Shown here: piece by piece, positions 6,283-16,558 of the stretch
How positions within the stretch are numbered: the stretch's first letter is position 1
How the letters are laid out: every line of letters begins with the position of its first letter
Assembly: GCA_023898425.1 (NCBI GenBank)
Contig: CP060222.1
Span: forward strand, 210,001-242,000
From: Candidatus Saccharimonadota bacterium
GTDB taxonomy: Bacteria > Patescibacteriota > Patescibacteriia > 2-12-FULL-60-25
Length of the DNA: 32,000 nt
Direction of reading: 5' to 3'
Program-made: the position numbers and the translations under genes
Notes under the pieces: generated by a model
Told to the model about the DNA's origin: nothing
Database searches by the model: none
The model's input: only the letters and a program-made list of their open reading frames with translations

Positions 6283-8625
6283 ATGAATCGTTCTTCTGCT
6301 ATCAAGTTCTTTAAAGCTATTACGCTTCTCGGTGTTTATGGGGGTTTACTTGTGCCTCCGATGTTTATCCCGGTTGTTATCTTTCCGTTTGTCTTTTCTA
6401 AACTCATTTTCTTACAGGTACTTATCGGTATTACGTTTCCTGCGTATATCGCCTTGGCATGGATGGAGCCTGCATATCGTCCTAAGAAGCATTTACTTAC
6501 GGGTGCATTACTTTGGTATTTTGCCGCGGTAGCGCTTTCGGTATTATTTGCTGTTGATCCAATGCGTGCTTGGTGGGGTAATCAAGAGCGTATGAATGGG
6601 TTATTTACCCTCCTTCATTTCTTGGCGTGGTTCTTGATGATTACGGGCGTTATTCGTACTTGGGATGAATGGAAAAAGCTTTTGCGTTTTGAGGTATGTA
6701 TTGGTGGTTTTATGGCGATAATCGCGATGTTGCAAAAGCTTAATCCAAATTTATTGATGTTTCCTGCTGGTCCTCGTGTGGGTGGATTATTGGATAATCC
6801 AATTTACATGGCAGCGTATCAGATTTTTAACCTGTTCTTCTTGGGTCTGCTTTGGTGGAAAGAAAAATCCAAAGGCTGGAAGTGGGGCTATGGATTTATC
6901 GCTCTTTTGGCCATTATCGCGTTTTTCTTGGCACAATCTCGTGGTGCTCTTGTAGGGTTGGCAGTTGGGTTATTGGCCTTTGCTTTTTATATCGGGGTTT
7001 TCTCAAAGAGCAAAAAACATAAGCTTGCGGTTTTTGGTGGCTTGGCAGCACTCGCTATTGGATACGGAGGGCTCTATGTAGCTCGCGATGTACCATTTAT
7101 CAAAGCTTCACCGCTTTATCGTCTTGTGGATTTTCAAGCGACGATTACCACGCGTCTTATTGCATGGGATATTGCTTGGAAGGGTTTTAAAGAGCGTCCT
7201 TTGACGGGTTGGGGTTTTGATAATTTCCACATCATCTTTAACCAGCACTATAACCCACAATCATTACGCTTTGGTCAGTACGAAACGTGGTTTGATCGTG
7301 CGCATAATACGGTATTAGATGTGATGTCGATGACTGGGCTCTTTGGTCTTATTGGCTTCATTGCTATTTATATTACGATTTTCTACTCCTCCTGGAGAGC
7401 CTATAAAAAAGGCTGGATCGATTTACCTATTGCGGCAATGTTGTTTTCTTTACCGATAGCGTATTTTGTACAAAATCTTTTTGTCTTTGACCACCCAGCT
7501 GGATTTACCATGAGCTATTTGCTCTTTGCTCTCGTTGTAGGTGCAACACAAAAAGACTTTGTTGGTGAAAAATCCAAAGAAGAAGTAAAAGAAGAGGCCG
7601 AAGGTCGTCACGAAGCTCCTTGGATTGCGTATGGCGCGATTTCGCTCGCTGCGCTCTTTATTGTGTGGGCATATTCAATCACACCATTCAATATTTCGCG
7701 TATCGCTTTACGTTCCAATGGTCTTATTAGCTCAAACCCACAAATGGGTATCGACCTTGCAAAACAAGCGAGAGACTACGGTTGGACACCGTATGTTGAT
7801 GAGCAATCATTCTTGCTATCCAGAAATCTCATTTCAATTGCGGGCGCACAGCCTTCGGCGGTACAATCACCGATTTGGAAGGACGGGTATCAGTTAGCAA
7901 AAGAGCTTAGCCTCGAAGAAATCTCTCGTCATCCAAAAAATACGCATCCACGCTTTATTTTGGCACGTTTAGCACAAGAAGCTTTTGTTGGTGATGCTCC
8001 AGAAGGCCAAGTATCATTAGACCAATACAAAGAGGCGATAAAATTGAGTCCACAACGTCAGCAATTGCACTTTAGTCTTGCGCGTCTCTATCTTATGGCT
8101 GGTCGTGTAGATGATGCGCTCGCGATTCTAAAAGACGTCACAACTTTTGATCCAGATGCGGGTGAACCATTCTGGAATTACGGCCTCTCACTCTTATTTG
8201 ATAAAAAAGATGTAGACGGTGGTGTCGCTGCGATTATGCAGTCTCAAACAGCGGCTTACCCATATCGCTTTACAAATGCACGTGAACTTACCGTTTTGAC
8301 GGACGCGCTCATTGTCTCAAATGATCAAGCGGTATTTGATCGCTTTATAAGAGAGCTTGCAAATACGGATTACTTTCCGCGTTTAACGGCAACAGAATAC
8401 GGTCAAATCGCTGTTCGCTTGCATCAAGCAAATAAGATTGAGTGGAGAGACGCCTTCTTACAAGCTGCAAGTGAAATCGATCAAAACACTATGGCAGAAT
8501 ATACAACGATTCTTACGACGCCGGCAGCTACGACCACAACCGAGGCTGCGGCAACGCCAGCAAATACGAGTGTTACCTCGACGAGTCAGGTGGCTACAGG
8601 TACCTATAAAGGCCCGCGAAATTAA
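6283..8625 (+). CDS. Wzy_C (O-antigen ligase / PglL-like) polytopic membrane protein with C-terminal TPR domain
   Basis: I prefer ATG 6283, because the TTG 6220 extension lies in repeat DNA. About 10-12 hydrophobic helices are visible. ..FFLAQSRGALVGLAVGLLAF.. and ..RPLTGWGFDNFHIIF.. are the hallmark Wzy_C loop motifs. The C-terminal ~300 aa are soluble with TPR-like repeats (YKEAIKLSPQRQQLHFSLARLYLMAGRVDDALAILKDVTTFDPD) and end in a Thr/Ala/Pro-rich tail. Confidence 0.8.
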   Translation: MNRSSAIKFFKAITLLGVYGGLLVPPMFIPVVIFPFVFSKLIFLQVLIGITFPAYIALAWMEPAYRPKKHLLTGALLWYFAAVALSVLFAVDPMRAWWGNQERMNGLFTLLHFLAWFLMITGVIRTWDEWKKLLRFEVCIGGFMAIIAMLQKLNPNLLMFPAGPRVGGLLDNPIYMAAYQIFNLFFLGLLWWKEKSKGWKWGYGFIALLAIIAFFLAQSRGALVGLAVGLLAFAFYIGVFSKSKKHKLAVFGGLAALAIGYGGLYVARDVPFIKASPLYRLVDFQATITTRLIAWDIAWKGFKERPLTGWGFDNFHIIFNQHYNPQSLRFGQYETWFDRAHNTVLDVMSMTGLFGLIGFIAIYITIFYSSWRAYKKGWIDLPIAAMLFSLPIAYFVQNLFVFDHPAGFTMSYLLFALVVGATQKDFVGEKSKEEVKEEAEGRHEAPWIAYGAISLAALFIVWAYSITPFNISRIALRSNGLISSNPQMGIDLAKQARDYGWTPYVDEQSFLLSRNLISIAGAQPSAVQSPIWKDGYQLAKELSLEEISRHPKNTHPRFILARLAQEAFVGDAPEGQVSLDQYKEAIKLSPQRQQLHFSLARLYLMAGRVDDALAILKDVTTFDPDAGEPFWNYGLSLLFDKKDVDGGVAAIMQSQTAAYPYRFTNARELTVLTDALIVSNDQAVFDRFIRELANTDYFPRLTATEYGQIAVRLHQANKIEWRDAFLQAASEIDQNTMAEYTTILTTPAATTTTEAAATPANTSVTSTSQVATGTYKGPRN

Positions 8626-8633
8626 GTGGACGA

Positions 8634-8659
8634 CCCTAGTACTTAGTGCTAGGGTTTTT
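8634..8659 (+). terminator. rho-independent terminator
   Basis: CCCTAGTAC-tta-GTGCTAGGG followed by TTTTT, 9 nt after the stop codon. Confidence 0.7.
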
Positions 8660-8667
8660 CTATTATT

Positions 8668-9603
8668 ATGATCTCCAAACGTGTATTAGTAACAGGTGGT
8701 GCGGGATTTGTCGGATCACATCTTTGCGATCGTTTGATTGCCGATGGACATCATGTTATTTGTCTCGACAATCTCTTTACAGGGTCTAAAAAAAATATTG
8801 AGCATCTTGCTCATCATGAACGTTTTACCTTTGTTGAGCGTGATGTGACGCTGCCGTTTTTTGCTCAAGTAGATTGGATTTTTAATTTAGCATGTCCAGC
8901 GTCGCCAAAGCATTATCAATTTGATCCAGTGGCTACGGTGCGTACCAACGTTTTGGGGATGATCCAGATGCTAGACCTCGCCAAAACAACCGGGGCACGG
9001 ATTCTTCAGGCATCAACATCAGAAGTGTATGGCGATCCTTTATGTCATCCACAACATGAGGAGTACTGGGGGAATGTTGACCCGATTTCAAAACGCGCTT
9101 GCTATGACGAAGGAAAGCGCTGTGCCGAAACATTGTGCTTTGATTATCATCGTGAATTTGGTATCGATATTCGTGTGATTCGTATCTTTAATACCTATGG
9201 CCCCCGTATGGCGATGGACGATGGCCGCGTTGTTTCGAATTTTATCGTACAAGCATTACGGGGTGAGGATATTACTATCTACGGTGACGGGTCCTTTACG
9301 CGCTCTTTTCAATACGTTGATGACCTTATCAATGGAATGATCAAGATGATGCAAAAAGAAGGGTTTACAGGGCCAGTAAATATCGGCAATCCGTCTGAAT
9401 TTACGATTAAGGAGCTCGCAGAAATGGTTATTGCACAAATACCAACTTCATCAACGATTACCTACCATCCAGCGGTACAAAATGACCCTAAGCAACGTAA
9501 ACCACATATCGATCTAGCAAAAAAAGAGCTTGACTGGGAGCCTTCAGTTCCATTAGTAGAAGGACTAAGAAAAACCATCGAGTATTTTAAAACCGTCGTT
9601 TAA
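8668..9603 (+). CDS. uxs: UDP-glucuronate decarboxylase (UDP-xylose synthase), extended SDR
   Basis: [18 protein letters not shown] Rossmann motif. ..[25 protein letters not shown].., ..[11 protein letters not shown].., ..[11 protein letters not shown].., ..[10 protein letters not shown].. and ..[20 protein letters not shown].. are all canonical UXS/ArnA-decarboxylase signatures. Confidence 0.9.
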   Translation: MISKRVLVTGGAGFVGSHLCDRLIADGHHVICLDNLFTGSKKNIEHLAHHERFTFVERDVTLPFFAQVDWIFNLACPASPKHYQFDPVATVRTNVLGMIQMLDLAKTTGARILQASTSEVYGDPLCHPQHEEYWGNVDPISKRACYDEGKRCAETLCFDYHREFGIDIRVIRIFNTYGPRMAMDDGRVVSNFIVQALRGEDITIYGDGSFTRSFQYVDDLINGMIKMMQKEGFTGPVNIGNPSEFTIKELAEMVIAQIPTSSTITYHPAVQNDPKQRKPHIDLAKKELDWEPSVPLVEGLRKTIEYFKTVV

Positions 9604-9604
9604 T

Positions 9605-10735
9605 ATGAAAAAAGTTCTTATCTTTTCTACGGCCTATTTTCCACTTGTTGGGGGTGCTGAAGTTGCCATGAAAGAAATTACTGATCGTCTTCACGAGTGG
9701 GAGTTTCATGTCATTACCGCAAAAATCCAACCGGGGTTAGCAAGAACGGAACGATTTGGTAATGCGATTGTTCATCGTTGCGGTTTTGGAATGCCTGTTG
9801 ATAAATACTTGCTCCCTTGTTTTGGTGTATGGCGTGCTTTGCGAATCGCAAAGAAGGAAGAGGTGCAAGTCATCTGGTCACTCATGGCAAGTTATGGTGG
9901 CTTTGCGGCACTTGTCTATACTTGGGTACGTCCAAAAGCAAAAATGTTACTTACCTTGCAAGAAGGGGATCCGCTCGACTATATCGCAAAGCGTGTGGGT
10001 ATTTTTCATCGCTTTTTTGTTAAGATCTTTGAGCGAGCGAATGCTGTGCAAGCGATCAGTCATTTTCTTGCTGATTGGGCGGTAAAGATGGGCTTTAAAG
10101 GCGTGCCAATTGTTATCCCTAACGGTGTTGATATTGCGCGTTTTACTGCTCCGCAAGATACAAGTGCATTATCTGCATTACGAACACAGTGGGGAGTATC
10201 ACAAGAAGATATTCTTGTTGTGACAGCATCTCGACTGGTGTTAAAAAATGGCACCGATGATCTTATTCGAGCGCTTACTTTTTTGCCAAAAAACTATAAG
10301 CTCATTATCGCGGGTGATGGTGATGATCGTGATAAATTACGCGTACTCACACAACAAAAGCAACTTACCGAACGTGTTGTTTTTTTAGGAGGTCTTTCTC
10401 ATGAAAAACTACCATCCGTTTTAAAGGCCTGTGATATTTTTTGCCGACCGTCACTTTCAGAAGGTTTGGGGATTTCATTTTTAGAAGCGATGGCTGTTGG
10501 GCTTCCGATTATCGGAACTCCTGTTGGGGGCATCCCGGATTTTCTTCAGGATGGAGAAACGGGTGTATTTTGTCAGCCTCGGGATCCAGAATCAATTGCA
10601 AAGGCGGTATTACGAATACAAAATGTACCAGGCTTGCGAGATACCTTGATCGTAAGAGGTTCTGCGTTAGTATCCGAGAGCTATAACTGGGAAAACATCG
10701 CCGAAGATATCGGAAAGATGATTCGCTCGATCTAG
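9605..10735 (+). CDS. GT-B glycosyltransferase, family 4-like
   Basis: The N-terminus MKKVLIFSTAYFPLVGGAEV and the C-terminal ..PSLSEGLGISFLEAMAVGLPIIGTPVGGIPDFLQDGETGVF.. (E-x7-E region) are typical of GT4. Confidence 0.85.
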   Translation: MKKVLIFSTAYFPLVGGAEVAMKEITDRLHEWEFHVITAKIQPGLARTERFGNAIVHRCGFGMPVDKYLLPCFGVWRALRIAKKEEVQVIWSLMASYGGFAALVYTWVRPKAKMLLTLQEGDPLDYIAKRVGIFHRFFVKIFERANAVQAISHFLADWAVKMGFKGVPIVIPNGVDIARFTAPQDTSALSALRTQWGVSQEDILVVTASRLVLKNGTDDLIRALTFLPKNYKLIIAGDGDDRDKLRVLTQQKQLTERVVFLGGLSHEKLPSVLKACDIFCRPSLSEGLGISFLEAMAVGLPIIGTPVGGIPDFLQDGETGVFCQPRDPESIAKAVLRIQNVPGLRDTLIVRGSALVSESYNWENIAEDIGKMIRSI

Positions 10736-10738
10736 AAT

Positions 10739-11860
10739 ATGCGTATTGTTCTTGCTACGGGTATTTATCCGCCAGACACAGGAGGTCCTGCGAGTTATAC
10801 GCAGGCATTATTTACGTGGTTAAAAAAAGAAGGTCATCAAGTAACGGTTATTTGTTATAGCGACGCGCCTGGTAACGAAGTGGTACGCATTTCTCGCAAT
10901 GGGTCATTGTTTAGTCGGTATGTGCATTATGTAAAAGCCGTTTACCTAGCAGCAAAGCAGATGGATATCGTTTATGTACAAGGACCGGTTTCTGAAGGGC
11001 TTCCTGGGACAATTGCCGCTAAACTTGCAGGTAAACCCACGGTAATGAAAATCGTAGGGGATTATGCTTGGGAGCAAGCACAGCAAAATGGTGAAACGGC
11101 ATTATTAGATGAGTTTTTACAAACCAAACATAAAGGCAAGATCCGTTTGATGGAGATTGTCGAACGTTGGACGGCGCGGCAGGCAAAGTACATCATCACA
11201 CCAAGTCGTTATCTTAAAACGGTTGTCGAGAGATGGGGAGTGCCATCAGATAGGATTAAGGTTATTTTGAATGCGCAAGAACCGCTGAAGGCTTTCTCCG
11301 CCGGCGCTATTCGCGCGGCACCTCTTTCACTACGTGAAAAAGGGGATAACGATTGTATTTTTTTTACGGCAGCGAGGGCGGTGCCTTGGAAGGGGGTGAA
11401 AGAGCTTATTCAATGGTGGGAGGATACGTCTGAGACGCATCGATTGGTTATTGCGGGTTCTGGGCCAGATGCAGAACTTTGGAGGTCTCTTATCGAAGCC
11501 TCGCCCGTAAAAGAGCGTATAGACTATCGCGGTACACTTACTCGCGATCAAATGGCGGAGCAATACGCGCTAAGCGATGCTTTTTTATTAGACTCTGGTT
11601 ACGAAGGATATCCACATGTCGTCGCTGAGGCTGCCTCAATGGGTGTGCCATGTTTTGTGAGTGATAAAGGTGGTAATCCAGAAACGGTCGAGCAATTTGG
11701 CTCTTTGATCACAGTGCTACCGTATCTTGATCGTGTCGCATGGTTAAACGCAATCCAAAACGTACAAAAGAAAACTACACAAGAGTATAAACGCTCCATA
11801 TGGCGATTTGAAGATATGGCTACAAGTACGTTGGCTGTGTTAAAAGGTAAAAATATATGA
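10739..11860 (+). CDS. GT-B glycosyltransferase, family 4-like
   Basis: MRIVLATGIYPPDTGGPASYTQAL.. together with ..SGYEGYPHVVAEAASMGVPCFVSDKGGNPE... Confidence 0.8.
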   Translation: MRIVLATGIYPPDTGGPASYTQALFTWLKKEGHQVTVICYSDAPGNEVVRISRNGSLFSRYVHYVKAVYLAAKQMDIVYVQGPVSEGLPGTIAAKLAGKPTVMKIVGDYAWEQAQQNGETALLDEFLQTKHKGKIRLMEIVERWTARQAKYIITPSRYLKTVVERWGVPSDRIKVILNAQEPLKAFSAGAIRAAPLSLREKGDNDCIFFTAARAVPWKGVKELIQWWEDTSETHRLVIAGSGPDAELWRSLIEASPVKERIDYRGTLTRDQMAEQYALSDAFLLDSGYEGYPHVVAEAASMGVPCFVSDKGGNPETVEQFGSLITVLPYLDRVAWLNAIQNVQKKTTQEYKRSIWRFEDMATSTLAVLKGKNI

Positions 11861-12459
11861 AATTCGCTCACGAACAATTTGAACGAGAATGTATGCAAGA
11901 AATCGCAAAACGCGATCGTGTTTTGGATGTGGGTGGCGGTTCTCGTTTTCAAAAGGGGATGAAGACATACGAATCACTCTTTGCAAATACAGCGTATGAA
12001 ACCATGGATATTTCGTCTGATTATTCGCCTGATATTGTAGGGGATATTCATGCTATCCCTTTAGCGGATGCAAGCGTTGATGCGATTATTTGCCGCTCAG
12101 TGCTTGAGCATGTAAAAAATCCGAACGTCGCTATAATAGAACTCCATCGTATTCTTAAGCCCGGTGGCCTGTTGTTTTTACAGGTACCATCGACGTATCC
12201 ATACCATGCACGAAAAGGAGTAGGAGCCTATAAAGATTATTGGCGTTTTTTTGATGATACGCTTGAGCTATTTGGGGAGTCATTTACCTCATACAAAATC
12301 GTGAGACATGGCGGTTGGTTTTTGGCGATGTCATTTTTCTTTCCCGGCCAAGCGCTTATGAGAAAGTCTCTTGATTATATCGCACTATTTTTTGATAACG
12401 TTTTTGCAACACAGAAAAAGACAACAACGGCGTTTTATAGTGTATTGTTAATGAAGTAG
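11857..12459 (+). CDS. class I SAM-dependent methyltransferase
   Basis: ATGA overlap with the upstream gene. Motif I is RVLDVGGGSR. ..IICRSVLEHVKNPNVAIIELHRILKPGGLLFLQVPS.. is the Methyltransf_11-type post-I/II/III pattern. Confidence 0.8.
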   Translation: MKFAHEQFERECMQEIAKRDRVLDVGGGSRFQKGMKTYESLFANTAYETMDISSDYSPDIVGDIHAIPLADASVDAIICRSVLEHVKNPNVAIIELHRILKPGGLLFLQVPSTYPYHARKGVGAYKDYWRFFDDTLELFGESFTSYKIVRHGGWFLAMSFFFPGQALMRKSLDYIALFFDNVFATQKKTTTAFYSVLLMK

Positions 12460-12460
12460 T

Positions 12461-13546
12461 ATGAAGATACTTGCCATTGGATTAGATAGAACGCTTGCTG
12501 ACCCCGCTTCGGTGTCAGCTAAGCGACAAATCGCTTATTTTCGTGATTGGGATTGTGATATGGTTGTGTTATCGGTTGGATCGTCATCAATAAGTGAAAT
12601 TGCGCCAAATATTCGTGTCCATCTATCGGGTGGATCAAATAAGCTCATAGCGTTGATGCGTGGTTATAAGCTTGCAAAAAATTTAGCCCAACAAAAACAT
12701 GTGCAGATTGTTTCAGGACAGGACTTTTTGTGGACGGGGTTGATCGCTTGGCGCGTTGCTCGTGATGTGGGCGCAAAACTCTATGTGCAAGATCATAGCG
12801 AGTTTTTTGTATCACGTTTAAAAACCATTCAAGAACGTTTGTTTACGCCAATTGCTCGTCATATCGCAAAACGCGCTGATAAAATCAGAACAGTAAGTCA
12901 TAGGGGGGTGATGGCTACCACAAAGTTAGGCGTGCATCCAAAAAAAGTCATAGAGATCCCTATCGCGACGGATGTTTCAGCGTATGCAGCTCTTCAACCA
13001 GCGAAACAAGAGGCAAAAACCGTTTTGTGCGTAGGACGTTTAGAGTGGCAAAAAGGTATGGATACGTTGTTGATAGCTTGGCACAAGCTGATTAAAATTT
13101 TTCCAGAAGCTCGGTTGCATATTGTCGGCACAGGCAAATTGCAAGAAGCGCTTATTGCTCAGTCTCATGTTCTTGAATTAAGTGACTCGGTGGTTTTTAG
13201 GGGTGCTTTGCCTCATATCCGCGATGAGTTGGAATGGGCGTCTATAGTAGTACAACCGTCACGATTTGAAGGCTGGGGTATGGCTGTTATCGAAGCTGCG
13301 GCTGCCGCAAAACCAATTGTGATGACGAATGTTGGTTGTGCGGGAGAGGTTATTATTCATGATCATTCTGGGATAGTCATTCCTACCAATAATTCGGAGG
13401 CTCTCGCAAAGGCGATAGGTTTTCTTTTTCAGCATCCAGAAGTTGCTACACGTTTAGGTCGAGAAGCGCAAAAAAATGCTCTCGCATTACCAACACCAGA
13501 ACAAATGACTCAGTCTATCCGTGACTCTTTTGAATCAATGCTATGA
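12461..13546 (+). CDS. GT-B glycosyltransferase, family 4-like
   Basis: ..LCVGRLEWQKGMDTLL.. and ..PSRFEGWGMAVIEAAAAAKPIVMTNVGCAGEVIIHDHSGIVI... Confidence 0.85.
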   Translation: MKILAIGLDRTLADPASVSAKRQIAYFRDWDCDMVVLSVGSSSISEIAPNIRVHLSGGSNKLIALMRGYKLAKNLAQQKHVQIVSGQDFLWTGLIAWRVARDVGAKLYVQDHSEFFVSRLKTIQERLFTPIARHIAKRADKIRTVSHRGVMATTKLGVHPKKVIEIPIATDVSAYAALQPAKQEAKTVLCVGRLEWQKGMDTLLIAWHKLIKIFPEARLHIVGTGKLQEALIAQSHVLELSDSVVFRGALPHIRDELEWASIVVQPSRFEGWGMAVIEAAAAAKPIVMTNVGCAGEVIIHDHSGIVIPTNNSEALAKAIGFLFQHPEVATRLGREAQKNALALPTPEQMTQSIRDSFESML

Positions 13547-14571
13547 ATATTTTGATTACGATACAAGCCGTTGATTTAGATGATCCATTAAACGGGTTTT
13601 TTCATGAATGGTTAAAAGAAGCTTCACATCATTTTGATGCAATAACGGTACTTGCCTTGCGCGTTGGTAGACATGATCTGCCAAAAAATATAACCATTAT
13701 CCCGATGCGTAAAGCAGGCTCGAGGTCAAAGCTCGAAGCCTTTTGGACACTCGTACGTACATCATGGCAACGCAGAAAAATGTATGATGGTGTCTTTGTG
13801 CGTACGGACGCTATTTATGTTCTCTTATGTGGTTGGTTATGGAGACTTTTAGCAAAACCAGTTGTATTTTGGTATGCCCACTATAAGCCAAATAAGCTTT
13901 TGCCTTTTGCAGAACAGATAGCAACAGTCGTTGTAACATCGGTACCAGAAGCCTACCCAGGTCGAGCAATGATGGCAGAACGATTAGGTCAGGGGATCGA
14001 TGAATCTCGTTTTTTGGTGCATGAAAAAACAGAACATGCGATGCTACGATTGCTTGTCTTAGGTCGCGTTCAGAGAATTAAGGGGGTAAAAGAAATAGTG
14101 AGTGAATTTATTCGCGAAGGCGCTTATGGTGGCAAAGCGCAATTAACTATTGTAGGTCCCGCTCTAGACAGAGACTACGAAAAAGAGATCGAAGATTTAT
14201 GTGTTGGTAGAAAGGATATTCGTTGGATAAAGGGTTTGTCGTATGATGAGATTCCATCTTTGCTTGCTGAGCAAGACGTATTAGTAAATGCCTATTCTGG
14301 AAGTCTTGATAAGGTTATTGTGGAATCTATGATGATGGGGATGATTCCGGTCGTTGCAACACGTGGTCTTTGTCATACCGTGCCATTAGAGTGGCGCTGG
14401 ATGGTGGCCGAAACACCAGAAGAGCGTATTCGTGCAATACGTAAGATTCTTTCTCTTGCCTCCGAAGAACGCACTCGATACGCTAAGCGTGTACGTGAGT
14501 TGGCTATTCGTGATCATTCGATGCGAGGTCAAATTGAGCGTCTTGCAAACCTCTTTACGAGATATGAATAA
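13543..14571 (+). CDS. probable GT-B glycosyltransferase (divergent GT1/GT4-like)
   Basis: ATGA overlap with the upstream gene. It has a two-Rossmann-like layout, with ..LLVLGRVQRIKGVKEIV.. and ..SLDKVIVESMMMGMIPVVATRG... The motifs are weaker than in its neighbours. Confidence 0.55.
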   Translation: MNILITIQAVDLDDPLNGFFHEWLKEASHHFDAITVLALRVGRHDLPKNITIIPMRKAGSRSKLEAFWTLVRTSWQRRKMYDGVFVRTDAIYVLLCGWLWRLLAKPVVFWYAHYKPNKLLPFAEQIATVVVTSVPEAYPGRAMMAERLGQGIDESRFLVHEKTEHAMLRLLVLGRVQRIKGVKEIVSEFIREGAYGGKAQLTIVGPALDRDYEKEIEDLCVGRKDIRWIKGLSYDEIPSLLAEQDVLVNAYSGSLDKVIVESMMMGMIPVVATRGLCHTVPLEWRWMVAETPEERIRAIRKILSLASEERTRYAKRVRELAIRDHSMRGQIERLANLFTRYE

Positions 14572-15229
14572 TCACATTGCGGAGCTCTACCAAAAACATC
14601 ATGCAGAAAATGAGCGTTTTGGTTTTACTCTTTTTGAAAAAGAGCGTTCTGCATGGCTTTTATCTCAATTTCCAAAGAAAGAAGGTTTACGTATCCTAGA
14701 CCTAGGATGTCGAGACGCTACCTTGATGCGGCATTATGCACCTTTTGCTTCTACCCTTGTTGGGGTTGATATTGACGCATCCGCAATAGCTGAGGCGCAA
14801 AAGCGTTTACCGCAAGCTGAGTTATTTCAAATGGATTTACTTGGTGATTGGAGTGAGTTACAAGGGCATCAATTTGATATTATCGCTTGTTCTGAGGTAT
14901 TAGAACATGTTTATTATCCTCAACGTGTTGCAGAAAAGGTTTCAAGCTTATTAGCGCCAGGCGGTGTTTTTATTGGAACAATACCAAATGCGTTTTTCTT
15001 AAAGCATCGTTTGCGTTATTTATTTGCGTTACGTGAAGGTACGCCAATCTCTGATCCAACGCATATCACCCAATTCAACCTAAAAGAACTAAGACGAGTC
15101 TTATCTGTGATTTCAAACACAATAACGATTTCTGGTTATACAAGATTGCCTTTTCGTTGGCTTGCAAAAAAGATGCCCTCCGTATTTGCCTTTGATTTGT
15201 ACTTTAGCGTAAAGAAGAATCAGAATTAA
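14564..15229 (+). CDS. class I SAM-dependent methyltransferase
   Basis: ATG 14564 overlaps the upstream stop (ATGAATAA). Motif I is RILDLGCRDATL. ..DIIACSEVLEHVYYPQRVAEKVSSLLAPGGVFIGTIPN.. follows. The 14432 extension is out-of-frame upstream gene sequence. Confidence 0.8.
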   Translation: MNNHIAELYQKHHAENERFGFTLFEKERSAWLLSQFPKKEGLRILDLGCRDATLMRHYAPFASTLVGVDIDASAIAEAQKRLPQAELFQMDLLGDWSELQGHQFDIIACSEVLEHVYYPQRVAEKVSSLLAPGGVFIGTIPNAFFLKHRLRYLFALREGTPISDPTHITQFNLKELRRVLSVISNTITISGYTRLPFRWLAKKMPSVFAFDLYFSVKKNQN

Positions 15230-15878
15230 CTTCTGGTACAGCCGTGATAACAAGTGTTTCAATATATTTTTCTGTTAGACGTGAAAGTCCTCGGTACAAG
15301 ATGTTTAAAAACTTTTTCTTTAGGCTTTCTTGGTGTGAAAGCTCGAGTGAGTAAACGGTATCAAATGATGTCGTTGTCCAGCCATTTTTTCTTAGTAAGA
15401 CATTTATAGTTTTTTTATTAAAGTAACACGTGTGATCGCTATTTACTGTAGGTTCATCTTTGGTGAGTTTTTCGGCAATATTAAAGAGATTAAAGGTATT
15501 TGGTGTTGTGAGTATAAGCCGGCCATTTGGCTTGAGATGTTTTTTGCATGCATCTAAAAATAATCCAGGATTTGAAAGATGTTCTATAAGATCACCTGCA
15601 AAAATGACATCAAAGGTGACTGGGAGGGTAAAGTGTTCTGCGCTCTGTTTGAAATAGCGTCCTTCGTCTTGCGGCAGATTTGTTTCGTAAGTTTGCAGGT
15701 CTAAACCATAGGTTTCTTTTGCGATCTTTTTGATGGTTCTGTGCAACCAATGAGAGTCGGCAGGTGTTTTTCCTTGGCCTAAAAAACCAATATCAAGAAC
15801 GGTATCTGATGGAGTGATGGTTGCGGCTATCAATGCCTGCTTATTAGGATAGATCATAGTTGATGGCATTTTACCCAT
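15204..15878 (-). CDS. class I SAM-dependent methyltransferase (start uncertain)
   Basis: ..DTVLDIGFLGQGK.. (motif I) and ..DVIFAGDLIEHLSNPGLFLDACKKHLKPNGRLILTTPN... Candidate starts are ATG 15878, 15869 and 15857, or TTG 15953. The 3' end overlaps the convergent gene by 26 nt. Confidence 0.75.
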   Translation of the reverse strand: MGKMPSTMIYPNKQALIAATITPSDTVLDIGFLGQGKTPADSHWLHRTIKKIAKETYGLDLQTYETNLPQDEGRYFKQSAEHFTLPVTFDVIFAGDLIEHLSNPGLFLDACKKHLKPNGRLILTTPNTFNLFNIAEKLTKDEPTVNSDHTCYFNKKTINVLLRKNGWTTTSFDTVYSLELSHQESLKKKFLNILYRGLSRLTEKYIETLVITAVPEVNSDSSLR

Positions 15879-16558
15879 CAGATAGCATACGGTTAAACCA
15901 TATGCGCTTTGCAGAGACTGTTCAAGACCTGTTAAAAGGTTCTTCTTTAACAAGATCTGCTTTTAATCGCACATTGCCTCGAATATCGGCATTAAGTGGC
16001 CGTATACTGGATGTAGGAGGCACAAGGGTACCAATGGCGAGTTATTATCGGTATTTGGCCATCGACGATGTAAGAATGGTCGAGGTGCTAAATATCGTGG
16101 ATTCCGTAGGCGCTGATATTGTCGCCGATGCTGCCACAATCCCTTGTGAGACGGCGCGATACGATGCCGCTATCTGTTTTAATGTACTAGAACATGTCGC
16201 ACGTCCACAGCATGTCTTGTCTGAAGTTCGTCGTGTTATAAAAACAGATGGACGCTTTATCTTGATGGTGCCATTTTTGCACAGAGTACATGGTGATCCA
16301 GATGATTATTTTCGTTATACCGAATCTGGATTGCGCGTACTCTTTACTGATGCTGGGTTTTCGATTCGTTCGATTCTTGTGTTAGGCAAGGGTCCGCTCA
16401 CTGCTGCCTTGGCACAGTGGCAGACGCTTGTGCCTGGTTGGATGTCATTACCATTTTTTGCTATCTGTTATGCGCTAGATGGATGGTATATTCGTCTTCG
16501 TCCAAAGCAAGCTCAGAATTGGCCGCTTGGTTATTTGGTAGAGGCGAGAGCGATCTGA
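15863..16558 (+). CDS. class I SAM-dependent methyltransferase (start uncertain: ATG 15863 or 15902)
   Basis: ..GRILDVGGTRV.. (motif I) and ..AAICFNVLEHVARPQHVLSEVRRVIKTDGRFILMVPF... Confidence 0.75.
   Translation: MAFYPSDSIRLNHMRFAETVQDLLKGSSLTRSAFNRTLPRISALSGRILDVGGTRVPMASYYRYLAIDDVRMVEVLNIVDSVGADIVADAATIPCETARYDAAICFNVLEHVARPQHVLSEVRRVIKTDGRFILMVPFLHRVHGDPDDYFRYTESGLRVLFTDAGFSIRSILVLGKGPLTAALAQWQTLVPGWMSLPFFAICYALDGWYIRLRPKQAQNWPLGYLVEARAI

Noticed and set aside
5987-6286. ORFs 5987-6286(+) and 5998-6189(-) as real genes
   Set aside because: Both translate the same peptide, ERTLFFIKNNVRS..RTPSL, because they read the two arms of the 127-bp palindrome. They are symmetry artefacts lying in repeat DNA.
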